DNA of 58,221 nt, counting the filler, from Sphacelaria rigidula (taxonomy: Eukaryota), in NCBI GenBank assembly GCA_964200075.2. It is 7 parts of 7 records of this genome, joined end to end, with 100 filler letters (N's around TTAATTAATTAA, not from the genome) between each part and the next. Parts side by side here need not be neighbours in the genome. Positions count along the whole stretch, not along the records: positions 16,665 to 24,896 come from CAXNAA020011836.1; positions 24,997 to 33,228 come from CAXNAA020011837.1; positions 33,329 to 41,559 come from CAXNAA020011838.1; 4 more parts are not named here. One strand, given 5' to 3'. Position numbers and translations under genes: made by a program. The notes under the pieces are model-generated. The model had not been told where the DNA came from and ran no database searches. It saw only the letters and a list, made by a program, of their open reading frames with translations. Positions 23,342 to 35,961 of this stretch are shown here, piece after piece; position 1 is the first letter of the stretch, and each line of letters opens with the position of its first letter.

Positions 23342-23759
23342 TGTCCTGCAGAGACAAAGAGACGAAATCTCTCCGCAGCTCGATGTGCTTTGGGGATACC
23401 TACAGGCACATCAGAACTTCGGCACGTGCTGGTAACATACATGATGTCAGTCTCTCGAGCGATTGGTAATCGCCCATCAAGGGCACACAAAGGACACGGG
23501 CGAGGAGCTTCCTCTCTGTCGTTGCTTCTCTCTCTGGTGATATCGTCATCGACACGCGTGTACACCGCAGTCGTTCGATGCATTTAGCCACAACTGAGTT
23601 CACAGTTGCGGAGTTTCGGGGGGAAAGATGGTTTCGCTTTGTGTTACTGTTTTTCGTCGTCCCTGCAAAACAAATATGCCACTTGAACCTTATTTTTGAG
23701 ATGAACCTCATTTTCCAGGATCCGCTGTTAGTAGTACAATGCAGTACAAAAGCTGTGTG

Positions 23760-24440
23760 GTACAATGCAGTGTTGTCTCATCTCTCTCCTCGCTGCTTTC
23801 CTTCCTTTCTTCTATGGGCGCCACCAACTATCAAAATACATGAAACCTTTGAAAAGCGTTGGGTCTGTGAGCCTCCACGGTGGGTCATCTGTGTCTTGGG
23901 TTTACCTTTCATGTGAAAATTATGCCAATGCACGGCAAATGACTCGCCCTGAAGGTTATTGTACATGGATGGACGAAGCGGAACAAGGCACAGTACGGAA
24001 TAGTACAGGACGATGCAGTACGATGCAGTACGGTATAGTTCAGTACAGTGTTGCCTTCTCTCCCGCCTCCCCCCTGCGTTCCTTCCCATTGCTCCCATGA
24101 TCTGTGGGTATCACCATGGACCAGATTACAAAAAAACTTCGGAGAGGGTGAACTCGTCCTGCCCCTAGATCTGAAATTAAACCCTTCGGTCTGTCAAGGT
24201 GGGAAATCCGGGTCTTGAATTCATCTTCCAGGTCAAGATTATGCCAATGCACGACAGACGACTCGCCCTGGAGGTGGCTGTAGTATAAATAGACAAAGCC
24301 AAACGACAAGGCACAAGTACAATGCAGGACAGTACAGTTCAGTAGATTGTTGTCTTCTCTCTCTCCCTCCCTGCGTTCCTTCCCATGGCTCCCATTATCT
24401 ATGGGTATCACCATGGCCCACATTATTACAAGAAACCTTT
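23760..24440. repeat. Degenerate tandem repeat, ~300-bp period, about 2.5 copies
   Basis: Recurring ATTATGCCAATGCACG..GACTCGCCCTG and CCCTGCGTTCCTTCCCAT..GGGTATCACCATGG blocks. Confidence 0.7.
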
Positions 24441-24448
24441 GGAGCATG

Positions 24449-24495
24449 AAATCGTCAAACGACTAAGGCAAGCAACAAATGAGTACGCCCCCCCC
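24449..24495 (+). repeat. Dispersed repeat fragment; second copy at about 51181-51228
   Basis: ACGACTAAGGCAAGCAACAAATGAGTACG followed by a C-run at both sites. Confidence 0.75.
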
Positions 24496-24829
24496 GCAGC
24501 TCTGAAAGCGAACCCTTGGGAGTTCAGCGTGGATCATCCGGGTCCTGTTCATACTTCGAATTGTATTATGCCAACTCAATATATGCCAACAAAACACTAA
24601 AGCTTCGTGGCAGTTTGGGGATTATATGCAGACGGCAGGCCGCATGTGGCGGTAAACGTAGGCTTTGCATAACCAAGAAACAGAAGAGCACAATATAGTC
24701 ACCTGGTGTTGTGTGTTCTAGTATACACCACGCTCTCTAACGTGCCCTGGCGCGGCTGAGGACACAGCAGCAATGCTTCTCTGTTACTAATTTCCGGGAG
24801 TGCATTATACCCTGGCACACAAGCCGGTC

Positions 24830-24896
24830 GCCCCGGTGGTCAGTTGGTAACCTCGAAACCTTCTGACGGTTGGGTCGTGGGTTCAATTCTCGGAGC
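24830..24896 (+). mobile_element. tRNA-derived SINE head, truncated by contig end
   Basis: GCCCCGGTGGTCAGTTGGTAACCTCGAAACC...GGGTTCAATTCTCGG (A- and B-box-like), homologous to 6321. Confidence 0.6.
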
Positions 24897-26232
24897 NNNN
24901 NNNNNNNNNNNNNNNNNNNNNNNNNNNNNNNNNNNNNNNNTTAATTAATTAANNNNNNNNNNNNNNNNNNNNNNNNNNNNNNNNNNNNNNNNNNNNTTTT
25001 CGCCGGACTAGGCTCGTACTCAATCACCAAGCGCGAAACGCCGTGGTGTGCTCGGCGAGTCGCATGAAGGGTGAGCTGGATCCGGCTAAAAGCATAATGA
25101 ATATCTTGCATTTGAATGACAACTTACAACGAGTTGCTTTATTTCCTGGTATCGCCGCTTCTAGAGACAGCCACAGCTTATACACTGCCTCATGGATGTC
25201 TCACTATTTAAACACTACGTGGTACGATCATCCCCATCGTGCGGAGTTGAGGTTCTCCCACGCCGCACAACATGATCTAGCTCGCCTACCATCATGGGTC
25301 CCGCAAAAAAAACTCAAGAGCGCAAAACAAACGGTAACCTGGTTGCCTAGCTTACGCAGTGAGTGGCGTGTTTAATAGCGTCATCGCCAACCGACGCCAA
25401 CCCCATCGAGAGTCCGCCCCTACAAAGGCGGGACGGAGCACGCCGGGTTCTCGCCGGACCAGGGGGGGGGGGGGCGAGCTAACTGATGCAAGAAGAAGAG
25501 GACACTTTGATGCGTCGCGGGAGACGGTAATTGGTAAGTGCAGCCGAGTTTTGGTGTCAATGTACCAACCAATACTGCGAAAGGGTGATAATGTTCCCGA
25601 CAAAGAATACACATAAGAGACGTGTGTGTACTTGTACATAGCATAACCCCCAAACCCCCTTGTGAAACAATGCCCACGCACAACCCAAAGTTGGACCCCT
25701 CACGCAGCCTTATATTATGGCATGAATACAAGACCAAAGAGGGAGGACCCATTCAGTGACTGTTACAGTGCCTGTTGCCGGAAATAGCGTTGTCACCAAC
25801 CGCTGCATCGGTGGAAGCCGCGTACAACCGGTGTCTCGGAAGTACCTTCTGACCTCCCGTTGTTGATTCCAAGCGAGACGTGTAGGCTTGAGTTTGTTGA
25901 GACGATATTAAAGTATGCAAATCACCGTGGGCAAACGCCATGGCTAGCTATACAGGGTTAAAAATGTAGACGAAAACACTTTGGTGAAATCGTAGAAACA
26001 GCTGCTATATACTCCTACAAATTGTGCAATGAGCACACTGACAGCAACGCTCCTTTGCTGTGTGACATCTGATTAGTCATGAGCGTAAAAAATATACACA
26101 TTCAACCGTAGCTATCAAATTGTTTGTGGAGATGAACATTTGTAGCTATAACTGTCGAGTTGTTCGTCGACATACAATCACTACTCGTTGTAGACGCACT
26201 CCTTTTCAGTAACCCCCAGCGTCCTCACGTAC

Positions 26233-26541
26233 CTCTCCATTCTGTAGCCGAATGACCGTCATACGAGTGCCGACGCCGGGAATCTTCGCAGAAGGCGCAG
26301 CGACCCCTTCAGATTCAGCTGCCGTGCCCGAATCATCAGCCATTGCGACGGTCGCGACAGAAGAGGTACTACCCGTGGCGGTTGAATCGGCAAATGAAGA
26401 AACCCCTTCTTCGGGAGGAAACCCGAGGAATTCCTGCCCAAAAGAGTGCACTCCCGATGCAACTCGCACGTGCGTGGTGGGGCGGTGTTTAGGCGGTATT
26501 GGGGAGTCTTCGAAACTCTGATACGCCACTGGATCCATCAC
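26233..26541 (-). CDS. Internal exon of a probable DUF4336-family protein
   Basis: CAG acceptor and GTACGT donor, phase 0-0, 103 codons ending GVGTRMTVIRLQNGE, which resembles the DUF4336 RMTVIRL-xG-LWVHSP motif; next exon not found on the contig. Confidence 0.6.
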
Positions 26542-28211
26542 CTGTGCGCGGGCGGACCACGCCTATTTTATCAGAGTCTGAATTTCTCTGTATCTAAATG
26601 GTTCTCGATGGCTTTGGATCAATCAAGTCACGGGTCATATTCCACTACACGTTGAGCAAGTAGCGTCGCGTTCCTTCCTTGGTACTACCAGAGTGGATCT
26701 GTCTGTGTGTTACCCATTTGAGGCACATGTAGCACACCGTTGTGCGAGTGTACGGCAGGGGTGCGTCGGATATGTGGAAACCGTGTGGGGAAAGGGTTAC
26801 TGTTCTGGCATCGTCGTCCACATTTCAGGAATAAATAGCGATATTGTAGTGGGGGGAAATATGCGAGCCGTACTGTGTCTTTCCACTACGATGTTTTCAG
26901 CAAACCATGTCGTCTACACACCGCACGGCCCGTGACGAGGTCGGCACATCCTTACAAGTACAAATTGGAATGATGCAAGCGGTTTCGAGTTATACCCAAA
27001 AACAACATGAACTTGAAAATTCTGAAATATTCAAATTTGCGCCATTTTCCTGAGTCCCCTTTCAAACCGGACCTGGCGTTGATGTTAATCGTCGGAGTGA
27101 ACTCATTGCACAACGTGCATCAAATTTGATTCGTTTGTAATGACTGAACCATGGACTCGGCGACGGAAGTAGCACCCGTGAGAGGACTCAGGTCCTCATC
27201 CTCACATCGATGTAGGGTCGCCCCTATACGAGTATGTACATCTAAAGATATATAAATGTATATGTATATCTGTGTGCCAGGCACGTATCGTTTGTGTCTT
27301 ACGATGATGCTGCGATAGGCGGGGGGGGGCGGGGGTATTTTGGTCAATTTCTTCCACGAAATCCCACATCAAATCGCCGTTGAAAGCAGAAACGTTTGTT
27401 CGAACGCGCTTGATACCAATCAGCCACACTCACTCACACCAATTGACACCGTTTTCACCCAAGTTCAAACGGACCGCGAGTAGTTAGGTCGTTTGACACA
27501 CCTATACGAGCTTATAGTTTTCGTGAAACCACCCCTTTCCCCCCCCCCCCTATCGTAGCATCACTCTTTGATCGTACTTTTTTCACAGAAAACCCAACAG
27601 TTAATGAAAGATGACACTTGTGTTCAATATGGCCCTACGCAGTATCATATTGTCAGGAGTGGTGCGCATGTCTCAACCGTAGCTGACTGCTGTAAGGTAA
27701 TTATATTCCTCCATAAAGAGACCAGAATATCGCCATTGACGTTGGCGTAGTTCATGCGTCCGACCGTGGACACTCCCACCACACACTTACCCCGTATCCA
27801 ACTGTCTCCAGCAAGGCCTGCTTCGTTGCGCCTCTCGCACCATTCCATACAGCGCTGCTGTATTTTTGGAAGTTCGGTAAGTTCATGTCTTCGGGAGAAG
27901 CAGCGTCGTCATCTCGCTGTTCATAATCACAACGGCCCACGATCGACGGTCAAACGAGGCAGTTCATTATTCGTCGTGCTCCCCGTATCCTTCTTACGAG
28001 GGTTAAAGATTTTGCTTTCGATCTTCTGGCAAGGACTCATGTCTATCCATGGTTGTTGTTCATTGAGTTATCGGTGCAGTAGAGACGATGTCAGCATACA
28101 TGGTGCCCACACGTCCCCCCTTGTGGCGCGTTGTAAACACCTTGGCGAGAACGACGAAACTGCCATGCTTGTTTGACATCGTTGTGAAAGGAGAAGCATG
28201 AACGGCTCAAC

Positions 28212-28256
28212 CTCACGAGTACGGCACATTTCCGTGCGGTCGTCGTACAGCTGGGA
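28212..28256 (-). CDS. Possible 45-nt exon (SQLYDDRTEMCRTRE) of the same gene
   Basis: TTTCAG acceptor, GT donor, phase 0-0, compatible with the neighbouring exons; no homology support. Confidence 0.3.
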
Positions 28257-29659
28257 CTGAAATAGGGTGTCCAAGAGATCTGTGTTTTCGATCTCGTAGT
28301 GCGAGCTACGTTGTCTACTCTGATCGTACCATTCATGCCTGCTGCATTTTAGCTGAGCCCACGACTGCGGTACGGTCCTGCAAGCAATGGCAGCATTTTG
28401 CGGTGTTCCTTTACTGTCTTCAGTGTTTGCGTGCACATCGCCATGTGAAAAATCTCAGCTCATGCCATCCGCCGAGTACTGGACCGTTATTGTGCGTCGT
28501 CATAGTACTTACGTGTATTCACCGCACGCAGCGGCTTTGTTGTCATTTTATCTACTAAAGCTGACCATGGCTCAAACTCCCGCCAGTATGAATCGAAGAT
28601 GCGTCATCAACGGTGTCCTACTACTCGACCACCTTGAGAGAGTGCGCTGAATCACCATTGTGACGGTGTTGACAAAATTATCTGCTAGCATCAGGGGTCA
28701 TGAGTATACCGCCGCGGGAAGTCCTCTTTCAGTTTTGTGGTGTAAGACCCACATTTGGAAAACAACGTTCATGTCAAGGGTCTGTCGAGAGAAAAAAAAC
28801 GAACATGGAGCCCCCCCACACTAGCGGAGGATATTTTTTCGAAAGTTGTCATGATTTTTGTTACTTTTTTGTTGATATTGTTCACAGAAATTGGTCAACA
28901 AACACTGACAAAACCCGAAAAATCTGGCGGGTTTTGCGAGTTTTGTATCCTTGTTTCTGCTCCTTGCCAACCCTGTCCCGATGACCTCGGATGCCGGCAA
29001 CGCTCACACACATCTATGTACAATACACGAGCACGCGGAGACGACAGTCTGTAGCCGAAGTAGCAACATTATCTCACGCCTCGCCAAACTTGCCCAGACT
29101 AGTGGTGGGTAGTCGAGGCACACGACACGGAACATGATCCCATAAAATGTAAGCATGGTAGGTGATGAGCTTGAAGGGGCGGTGTGTCCGTCATCTCAGC
29201 GGTCTCCATACCAAGGATCTCTGTACACGGCAGCTGACCGCATCCGCCAACGCCTCCGCAATAAACAAGGAGATAGCAGGCTGGGAGCGCCCCCCCACCC
29301 CCACCCTACCCCCCTCAAAAACTCGACTTTTCGATCTTGGGGCCTGCGTGTCTCCGAATATGTTTTTGATATACCCTTGTTATACGACCCTCGGGCCACA
29401 CAGTGGGTGTTTACTAGTGGCCCATGGGTCAAATATCCGCTTGTGGATCATCATGAAAAAACGAGGCCTACTTTCGAAAACGCGCACGACGATACGCTTC
29501 AACTGCGGTGCTGACACATGCAGCGCGTCATTCTGTCATGACGTCCCCCCACCGGAAATATGTCGCATACAAACAATACTACTGGAAGTCACGTACTGTA
29601 CTGCGTGTTACCTTTCGAGTAGCATCGAAATCGATGAGCGGCGAGATTTTGTGCATCAC

Positions 29660-29989
29660 CTGATATGTTGGCGAAGATTGCCCATCAGCAGCTACCGGCA
29701 CAGCAACGGCATCGTTGTCCCCAGGACGTCCAGTAGTAGTTGACATGATGGCGAGTAGACGAGCGCCATGATGGTGGCGAGTGTTGCTCTGGGGGCTCGA
29801 AAATGGTCGCTGCGAAATAGCGAAGCGGAAGGCCCCAACAGAAGTAGGCGCATCAATAGCGAGAAATGTGATCAGCACGCACGTGGAGGTCACCGCCGCA
29901 GTACCTCTCCTTGAGCGCTGTATCAAGCCCCTGCTTATGATAGTGCTTTCACCATTTCGTCTAGCGCAGTTGCAGGCGGACACATTCAT
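29660..29989 (-). CDS. Probable first exon with bipartite plastid-targeting presequence (likely the DUF4336 gene)
   Basis: Hydrophobic stretch CVLITFLAIDAPT, then SVGA/FRF (ASAF-type cleavage motif) and an S/R-rich transit peptide; ends phase 0 at CAG|GTGATG. Confidence 0.5.
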
Positions 29990-31821
29990 GGTATGAATAC
30001 AGTGTCTCCTGATGATGTATCGTCGTTGAATAGTCCGTGAGCGCCGCAGAAATATGTGTAAAACAAAAACGCAAGCTTCCGTTGTTTTTAAGCCGACACG
30101 AAAGCGCGCACAGCCACTGGGTGTAAGACACTTTCTTTGGTGTGTAAAATATCCACTAGTAGACGGTATTTGTCCTGTGCCGTGGTGCCAAGCGAATGAA
30201 GGTCTCAATGTCTACATCTACAGCATCTTGCAGGAAGAAATGGTTGGCACACAAGGCTCTTGAAAATAATGGACACTCCAGGTTCTTTCTCTATAACTAG
30301 TGGTTTTACTCGCACCGCAGACCGCTGGAAAATGACCACCCTAACCCTGCCCTAAACCCCACACATCTATGGACGCAAAGGATAGTGCGTCTGGTGTTCG
30401 TTAGTAGACTTTAACTCGGTGGGTGTGTTGGCTTATTGCGCCGCATATTTACCAAGCTCAAAATTATCAAAGCCTGCCACAGACACACGGGAAACACAAC
30501 GCCGAAAGTGGTGTCACTGAAAAAAACTAATCGGGGCCTTTCTCACGTATATGGTGTTTTACGAGAGTGTGGAGCATCACTTCTCGAAGAAATCGAAGTT
30601 CAAAGTTGGTATCTCCGGCGGGACGGTCCTCGCCCCTCGCCCCCCGATGTTTGTCCCGCCGCTTTTTTTGTCGGCGCAAGTACGCGACGGTTACACCTTG
30701 ATGCTGGAGACCCTTACGTAATAGTCATGTGCCAATATATGCCGCTGGGTACCCCGCGGACTAAGTTTGGCTGGCAAGGTGAAACTCAGGCGGAGGACTG
30801 GCTAATACAGCACAATTGGACGCAGCTTCAGCTTACGGACACGTATCTTTTATAGCCTGTGGAGGAGTAGGCTGGATCCTCTTCTTGACGTGAGAAAAAA
30901 TAAAAACTCGGGCGATGATTGTAAAATATGTTGGGTCGTGTTTTTCCGCATTTTTTGTGAATGGCTCGTGGTGGGTTTTCCCCAGCAGCGCGTTGTCGTG
31001 TGTTCGTGATAGGCTGCTGTACTGTCCGTAGATGGCGTATCACGAGACTATGCTGCGATATAGCCCATCTGCTTTGATGATGAATTCACTTGTGTTTCCA
31101 CCTTAGCCTACGCGTACCATGCGTAAGTGCTCTCTGGAATATCCTGGTCCTTCACGCGCGAATATTTCGGCACTGTTGTAAAGATACTGTCCTGTACTGT
31201 TGCACTGTCTGTAGACAGTCTTCGAGGGGAACATGTGAAGCTTTTTCTCACATGTACTGTATTGTACTGTATCTACTCTGCTTGTGTTGTACTGTCTGTA
31301 CAGCACTCTCTCGACGACGATGCAGATAACGTGCGATCAAATACTGGTGCCAGAGCTGCCGCAATATCGTCGACGCCATTCGCCCATTGCTAAGTGAGAC
31401 GAGAGAACATTCGCAGCGTTGCCGTTGGTCGAGCACACCTCATTGCTTCTTGTGCCTGTGTGCCTTCATCTTGTGCTCATGTTCCTTTATTTTGTGCTCT
31501 AGTAAGGCTTCTGTCATGACGCCCAGCTACACGATAACCGAAGAGGCGGAATATTCTCATCAAAGGAATGAGGCACCTTACAGTCTAGACAGTAGAAGTA
31601 CAGCACCCTCAGCTCCATCATCCCCGGACCCTACGCAAAACCGGAGGCTAGGAGGGCCAGCCATGGTTTAGATTTGAAATCCTGACAAGGCCCACTCTTG
31701 ACAGCTTCAGCTTCAGCAGTGTACAGGTTGCGGTGATGCACATTACATATTTTACATGGAAACATGGGCAGGGTCATGGTTTGATCCCGTCCGATTGATT
31801 TGGGTAATGTTGCCTGTACTA

Positions 31822-31823
<2 letters not shown>

Positions 31824-31856
<33 letters not shown>
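31824..31856. repeat. (AT)n microsatellite
   Basis: Direct reading. Confidence 0.95.
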
Positions 31857-31861
<5 letters not shown>

Positions 31862-31984
31862 TTATTTTAGTTACCGTACCCACATGAGCTCCTACAGATG
31901 CCCAGGTGTATCGCACCCTGGACAGAAGATTGCATCGTCCCAAAAATGTACCGCGTACACTGTAACGTATACTTTTCCAAAGAG

Positions 31985-32109
<125 letters not shown>

Positions 32110-32601
32110 TCTATCCGACGACCTGAGGGGCGACAGGGGAATATCTACACCAAGATAGGTCCCACGACGGAGATGTCCATTTGCTGGATTACAGTGCGTT
32201 TCTATCAGTGCAGTACTACTACAACTACAGGCGAAGTGTTGCACCGTCTTGTATAGCATGTCCAAGGGTATGCGCAGGGGATGAACACGCCCCCGTGATT
32301 TCATTTTCCACGCCTGATTACACTCACGAGGCGTCAAGACCCGCCACTTTCATTCGTAGCCTATCGTACTGACTGTGCCCAGGAAAGGTAATGACAAACG
32401 ACTATTTCCACAGCCCCCCCGTATCGTGGTCGAAAAAGTTATGCCTTTCAAAGAGTAGAGGCGTTCATGCCGACGGGATTCATCATGGCACATGTGCTTA
32501 CAGTTCTGTACCGCGGTCAGCGGTGAATTCTGGCGTTTCGACGGCAATCCCGTAGTGAGGGGGCGTTTTGTGCGGCGCGCCGTATGTCGAGTATGGGCTA
32601 A

Positions 32602-32803
32602 CCCTCAGACCGTGGCACGGGTAGTCTAAGTGCATCACGCATAATTTTTTTAAGTGAAAATTGATGCCGATTTTCCTACCCTCGCGGTCCGAGGGGTTAA
32701 CCCTTGGACCGCGGTGTTGGGTAGTCCATCCGGACCATGCATACTTTTGTCAAGTGAATATTGATGCCGATTCAGCAGGTGCCCCGCCCTTGCGGTCAAA
32801 GGG
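32602..32803. mobile_element. Two tandem piggyBac-type MITEs (32602-32696, 32701-32803) sharing a TTAA
   Basis: CCCT..GACCG...CGGTC..AGGG termini; GGGG-TTAA-CCCT junction at 32697-32700; TTAA at 32804-32807; homologous to 1132-1229. Confidence 0.75.
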
Positions 32804-33090
32804 TTAATGTGCCTTGCGGGTGAGGATGAGCTACATTTTTGGCATGCCATGCCGTGTGCCATGCTCGCATCTATGCCGTGTACTTGAACAGCCCTCCCAT
32901 GAAGACTCGCACAGGCATACGCGCCTCGAACATGAAACGAGTTTCAGAGAGAGGGGACACGCTCCGGTTGTTTGAATTAAAATAGTACACTGATGGTCGT
33001 CTAGGCAGTGTCTTGTCGAGACAAGAAAAAAAAAAGCGGACAAAAAGCGTTTGCTGATTTGTCGCTGCGATAATCCCCGCCCTCCCCCAA

Positions 33091-33228
33091 GAGCCTAGTC
33101 CGGCGAAAACCCGGCGTGCTCCGTCCCGATTTTGTAGGAATGCGAGGTCAACGGTCTTACGAGCTGGGCCAGCCTAAAAACGGAGTTAAGCTCTAAAAGC
33201 AATATCTCATCGACACAGACGAGTTGGG
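33091..33228. repeat. Terminus of a dispersed repeat family; reverse-complement copies at 24997-25015 and about 25419-25462
   Basis: GAGCCTAGTCCGGCGAAAACCCGGCGTGCTCCGTCCCG versus TTTTCGCCGGACTAGGCTC and CGGGACGGAGCACGCCGGGTTCTCGCCGGAC. Confidence 0.75.
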
Positions 33229-33840
33229 NNNNNNNNNNNNNNNNNNNNNNNNNNNNNNNNNNNNNNNNNNNNTTAATTAATTAANNNNNNNNNNNNNNNN
33301 NNNNNNNNNNNNNNNNNNNNNNNNNNNNCCTGCTTGCACTGGGTCTGCATATATGTGTGACATCAGTCTCTGATATGTCACTGCAAAGGATATCTCCCAC
33401 AAACAGAGGTATATCCAACTTTGCTCTCGGTTTCTTGGTTTAGTCGCTGGCCCTTTGTTCTCTTTTTTTCAGAGTTTGAGATACAACTATTAATAATTTA
33501 AACATGATTTCGTGGAGTTTTTAATAGATATAACGGTGGTAAATATTTCTCCCCCAACGATTGTGATGCGTTGAACACCAGGTCAACACCCGAATAAAGG
33601 CCTCTTGAAAATGATCAGTTGGACTGTATAATTACACCACGGTAGGTGTAGCCTTGTATACAGGACTATTTCTACCTCACCTGCTGATAGTATGTCCTCA
33701 ATACAGGAGAGTGCATTCGTATCACTGATTCATGTTCAAAAGGTGTAGCTCTGCATGCAGGGCTTTAATATACTATTGCTACCAAGGTACACAGACAGTT
33801 CAACAAATAGCTCTGCATGCAGGATGAACAGTGTTTTAGT

Positions 33841-34068
33841 GAGCTTGAGAATAGATATTACACAGTGAAAACGTAAAGCGGTCAACATTGGTTTATTTCA
33901 AATTCAACATGCACTTCCACCACGCACTACATGATATCTGTGGTAGCTTGTGTAGCTTGAGAGTAAATATTACACAGTGAAAACGTAAAGCGGTCAATCA
34001 ATGAATGATTTATTTCAAATTCTACATGCACTTCCACCACGCACTACATGCTATCTGTGGTAGCTTGT
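33841..34068. repeat. Tandem duplication, ~112-bp unit, 2 copies
   Basis: ATATTACACAGTGAAAACGTAAAGCGGTCAA...CACTTCCACCACGCACTACATG..ATCTGTGGTAGCTTG occurs twice. Confidence 0.9.
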
Positions 34069-35961
34069 CATTGATGCCCTTCATATCCCTCAGTATGATG
34101 TCGATGTGTCGCTGAATGCAAAAGTCGGTGATAGGGGCAAAGAGGAGAATATGCGGAATGAATGGTTGCCCAAGTGAAAGCGAATGATCGAATGTACTTT
34201 CGATTGGCGCTCTACTCTCCACTCATAGCACTCATGCCGACAACCGATGGACTATATCGATAATCACAGTGAAGAAATACTCCGCCATGGACACGCTTTT
34301 GTGGTTCTAGTTCCTTCTTTGAGGTTTGCTCGATCTCGAGGAGGCTTTTGTGGTTCGGGATCGGCACCCCGGGAAATAGAGCCAGTGTGGGCAACTTTCG
34401 ATGCCCAAAACACGCGCCACCGGTATCACATGACATCTAAACCTCACAGGTAATGTACCGCTGCACCTTTGTGCACTGCAAAAGAAAGGGCAGCATAAGA
34501 TGCTTTGCCGCCGGAGAAAACGCGGCAAAAGTGGTGAAAAATGCGAAAGGATACATGTACATATATATAAAAGGTTTTCTCTTGCTCCTCAGCGGTCTCC
34601 TTCGCGTCGCGCTGTTGGGGCGCCGCAGTCCGCACCTCGGTCACCTCGACCTCTTTCTGCTCTGCCAGAATAGTGTAGTGCTCACTGCTGTACTGTGTTC
34701 TGTGCGCTGTACACTGTACAGTTGTGGATTGAACTGTTTGGCGTCAGACGTTATGGCGAGAGGCGCGGTTTGATGAAAAGAATGACACATTTATTTTTTC
34801 CATCAGTTTCACATGAACATAGAATAGCTCACATAGAGAACTGAAACCGGTATCAGACCCGCAACAAAGTTAAAAGACAAAATTACGAACATAAACGCCA
34901 CGACTCCACGAACCACGCCACATGGAGCACCCGTGGGCAGGTACTAGCTGCTGAACATGGGGTGCATAATCCCGTTGGAGTACTATATGCGCCAAGTTAC
35001 GCGTGAAACTTAGTTTTGATGCCTTTCTTACGCTGAAATCCCTAAACATATGTGTTTCAAAAAACGCATATGCTTATGCGCAAAACCCCGTTTCATGCGA
35101 TATTATATGCGCGCTTACGAAGCAAAAGCCTACGGCACTGTCACGCAACGACAAGAGACGTGCCCGGTACTCAATGCAGTACAATATCATCATCGCCAAA
35201 ACTGCGCCAATCAAGCAGCAGCAGTGCCGTGTGTTACCAGGTTAGTCTGCAGTTTACAGCGATATGCTGGAGTCGCGCTGAGTGGGGAAACTTGAGACGT
35301 TGTGGTGAGGAGAGAAAATGTAGGATTTACTGCCGTCCCAGCTCGTACCAAGCTCCGGTCTGCACGAGGCTCTCTACCCTTCAGCTCAACATTGTGCAGA
35401 TTGGCTTTTACACTTCACGGCAGCGACTTCACGGCAGCGAGCACCAAGTTTTATACGTTGCGCACTACCCATGAAACACCGCAGTTGGCACGGCAAAGCC
35501 TGCTGTTTGGTTAAGAGCTGAACACGGGGAGGCGCTGTCATTCCCGATCGATTGCCGCACTCGCCGGCATTCCAAAATTAAGACGGTGGTGATCAGTATG
35601 AGGACGCATGTATTGCTCTTCGCCAACTTACATGCTTTGGCCACCTGTATAATCCGCGCCTGGAATACAAGCATGGACCCGTGGCAAAAATCGCGAACAG
35701 GTACATGCAGGTGGACAGCCTTCCGGCGACAACGTACTATATACAACACAGCTACCCCTGCACCTTTGTCCGATATCCAGCCACGTGACGCCGCACCCCA
35801 CTTGCAACTCAACCATCTCTCGAAAGAAGACCGGGTCAGACACGGAAAGACATTTACCGTTACGGCAGCTGATTAAATTAGCATCCTAAATATCTGCTGC
35901 AGTCAGGCACGCGACGCCACTCAAAACATTCTCGATCGACTCTTTTCCCCCAGAGCGAAGT

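Larger units (their letters stand above)
18422..23729. mobile_element. Foldback-type non-autonomous DNA element (~2.1 kb without the nested insertion): left arm 18422-19334, spacer 19335-19617, right arm 19618-20147 plus 23346-23729
   Basis: The arms are near-identical reverse complements (duplicated ORF translations on opposite strands); termini AACAG(G/C)GGATCCTGG; AGTA flanks both ends (possible 4-bp TSD). Confidence 0.9.

Noticed and set aside
30338-30360. Telomere-like CCCTAA
   Set aside because: Only two degenerate units, in an internal position.
31440-31630. Possible two terminal exons on the minus strand (GPGMMELRVLYFYCLDCK / LGVMTEALLEHK...stop)
   Set aside because: Would need an unusually short 50-nt intron; no recognisable homology; cannot be linked to genes on other contigs.
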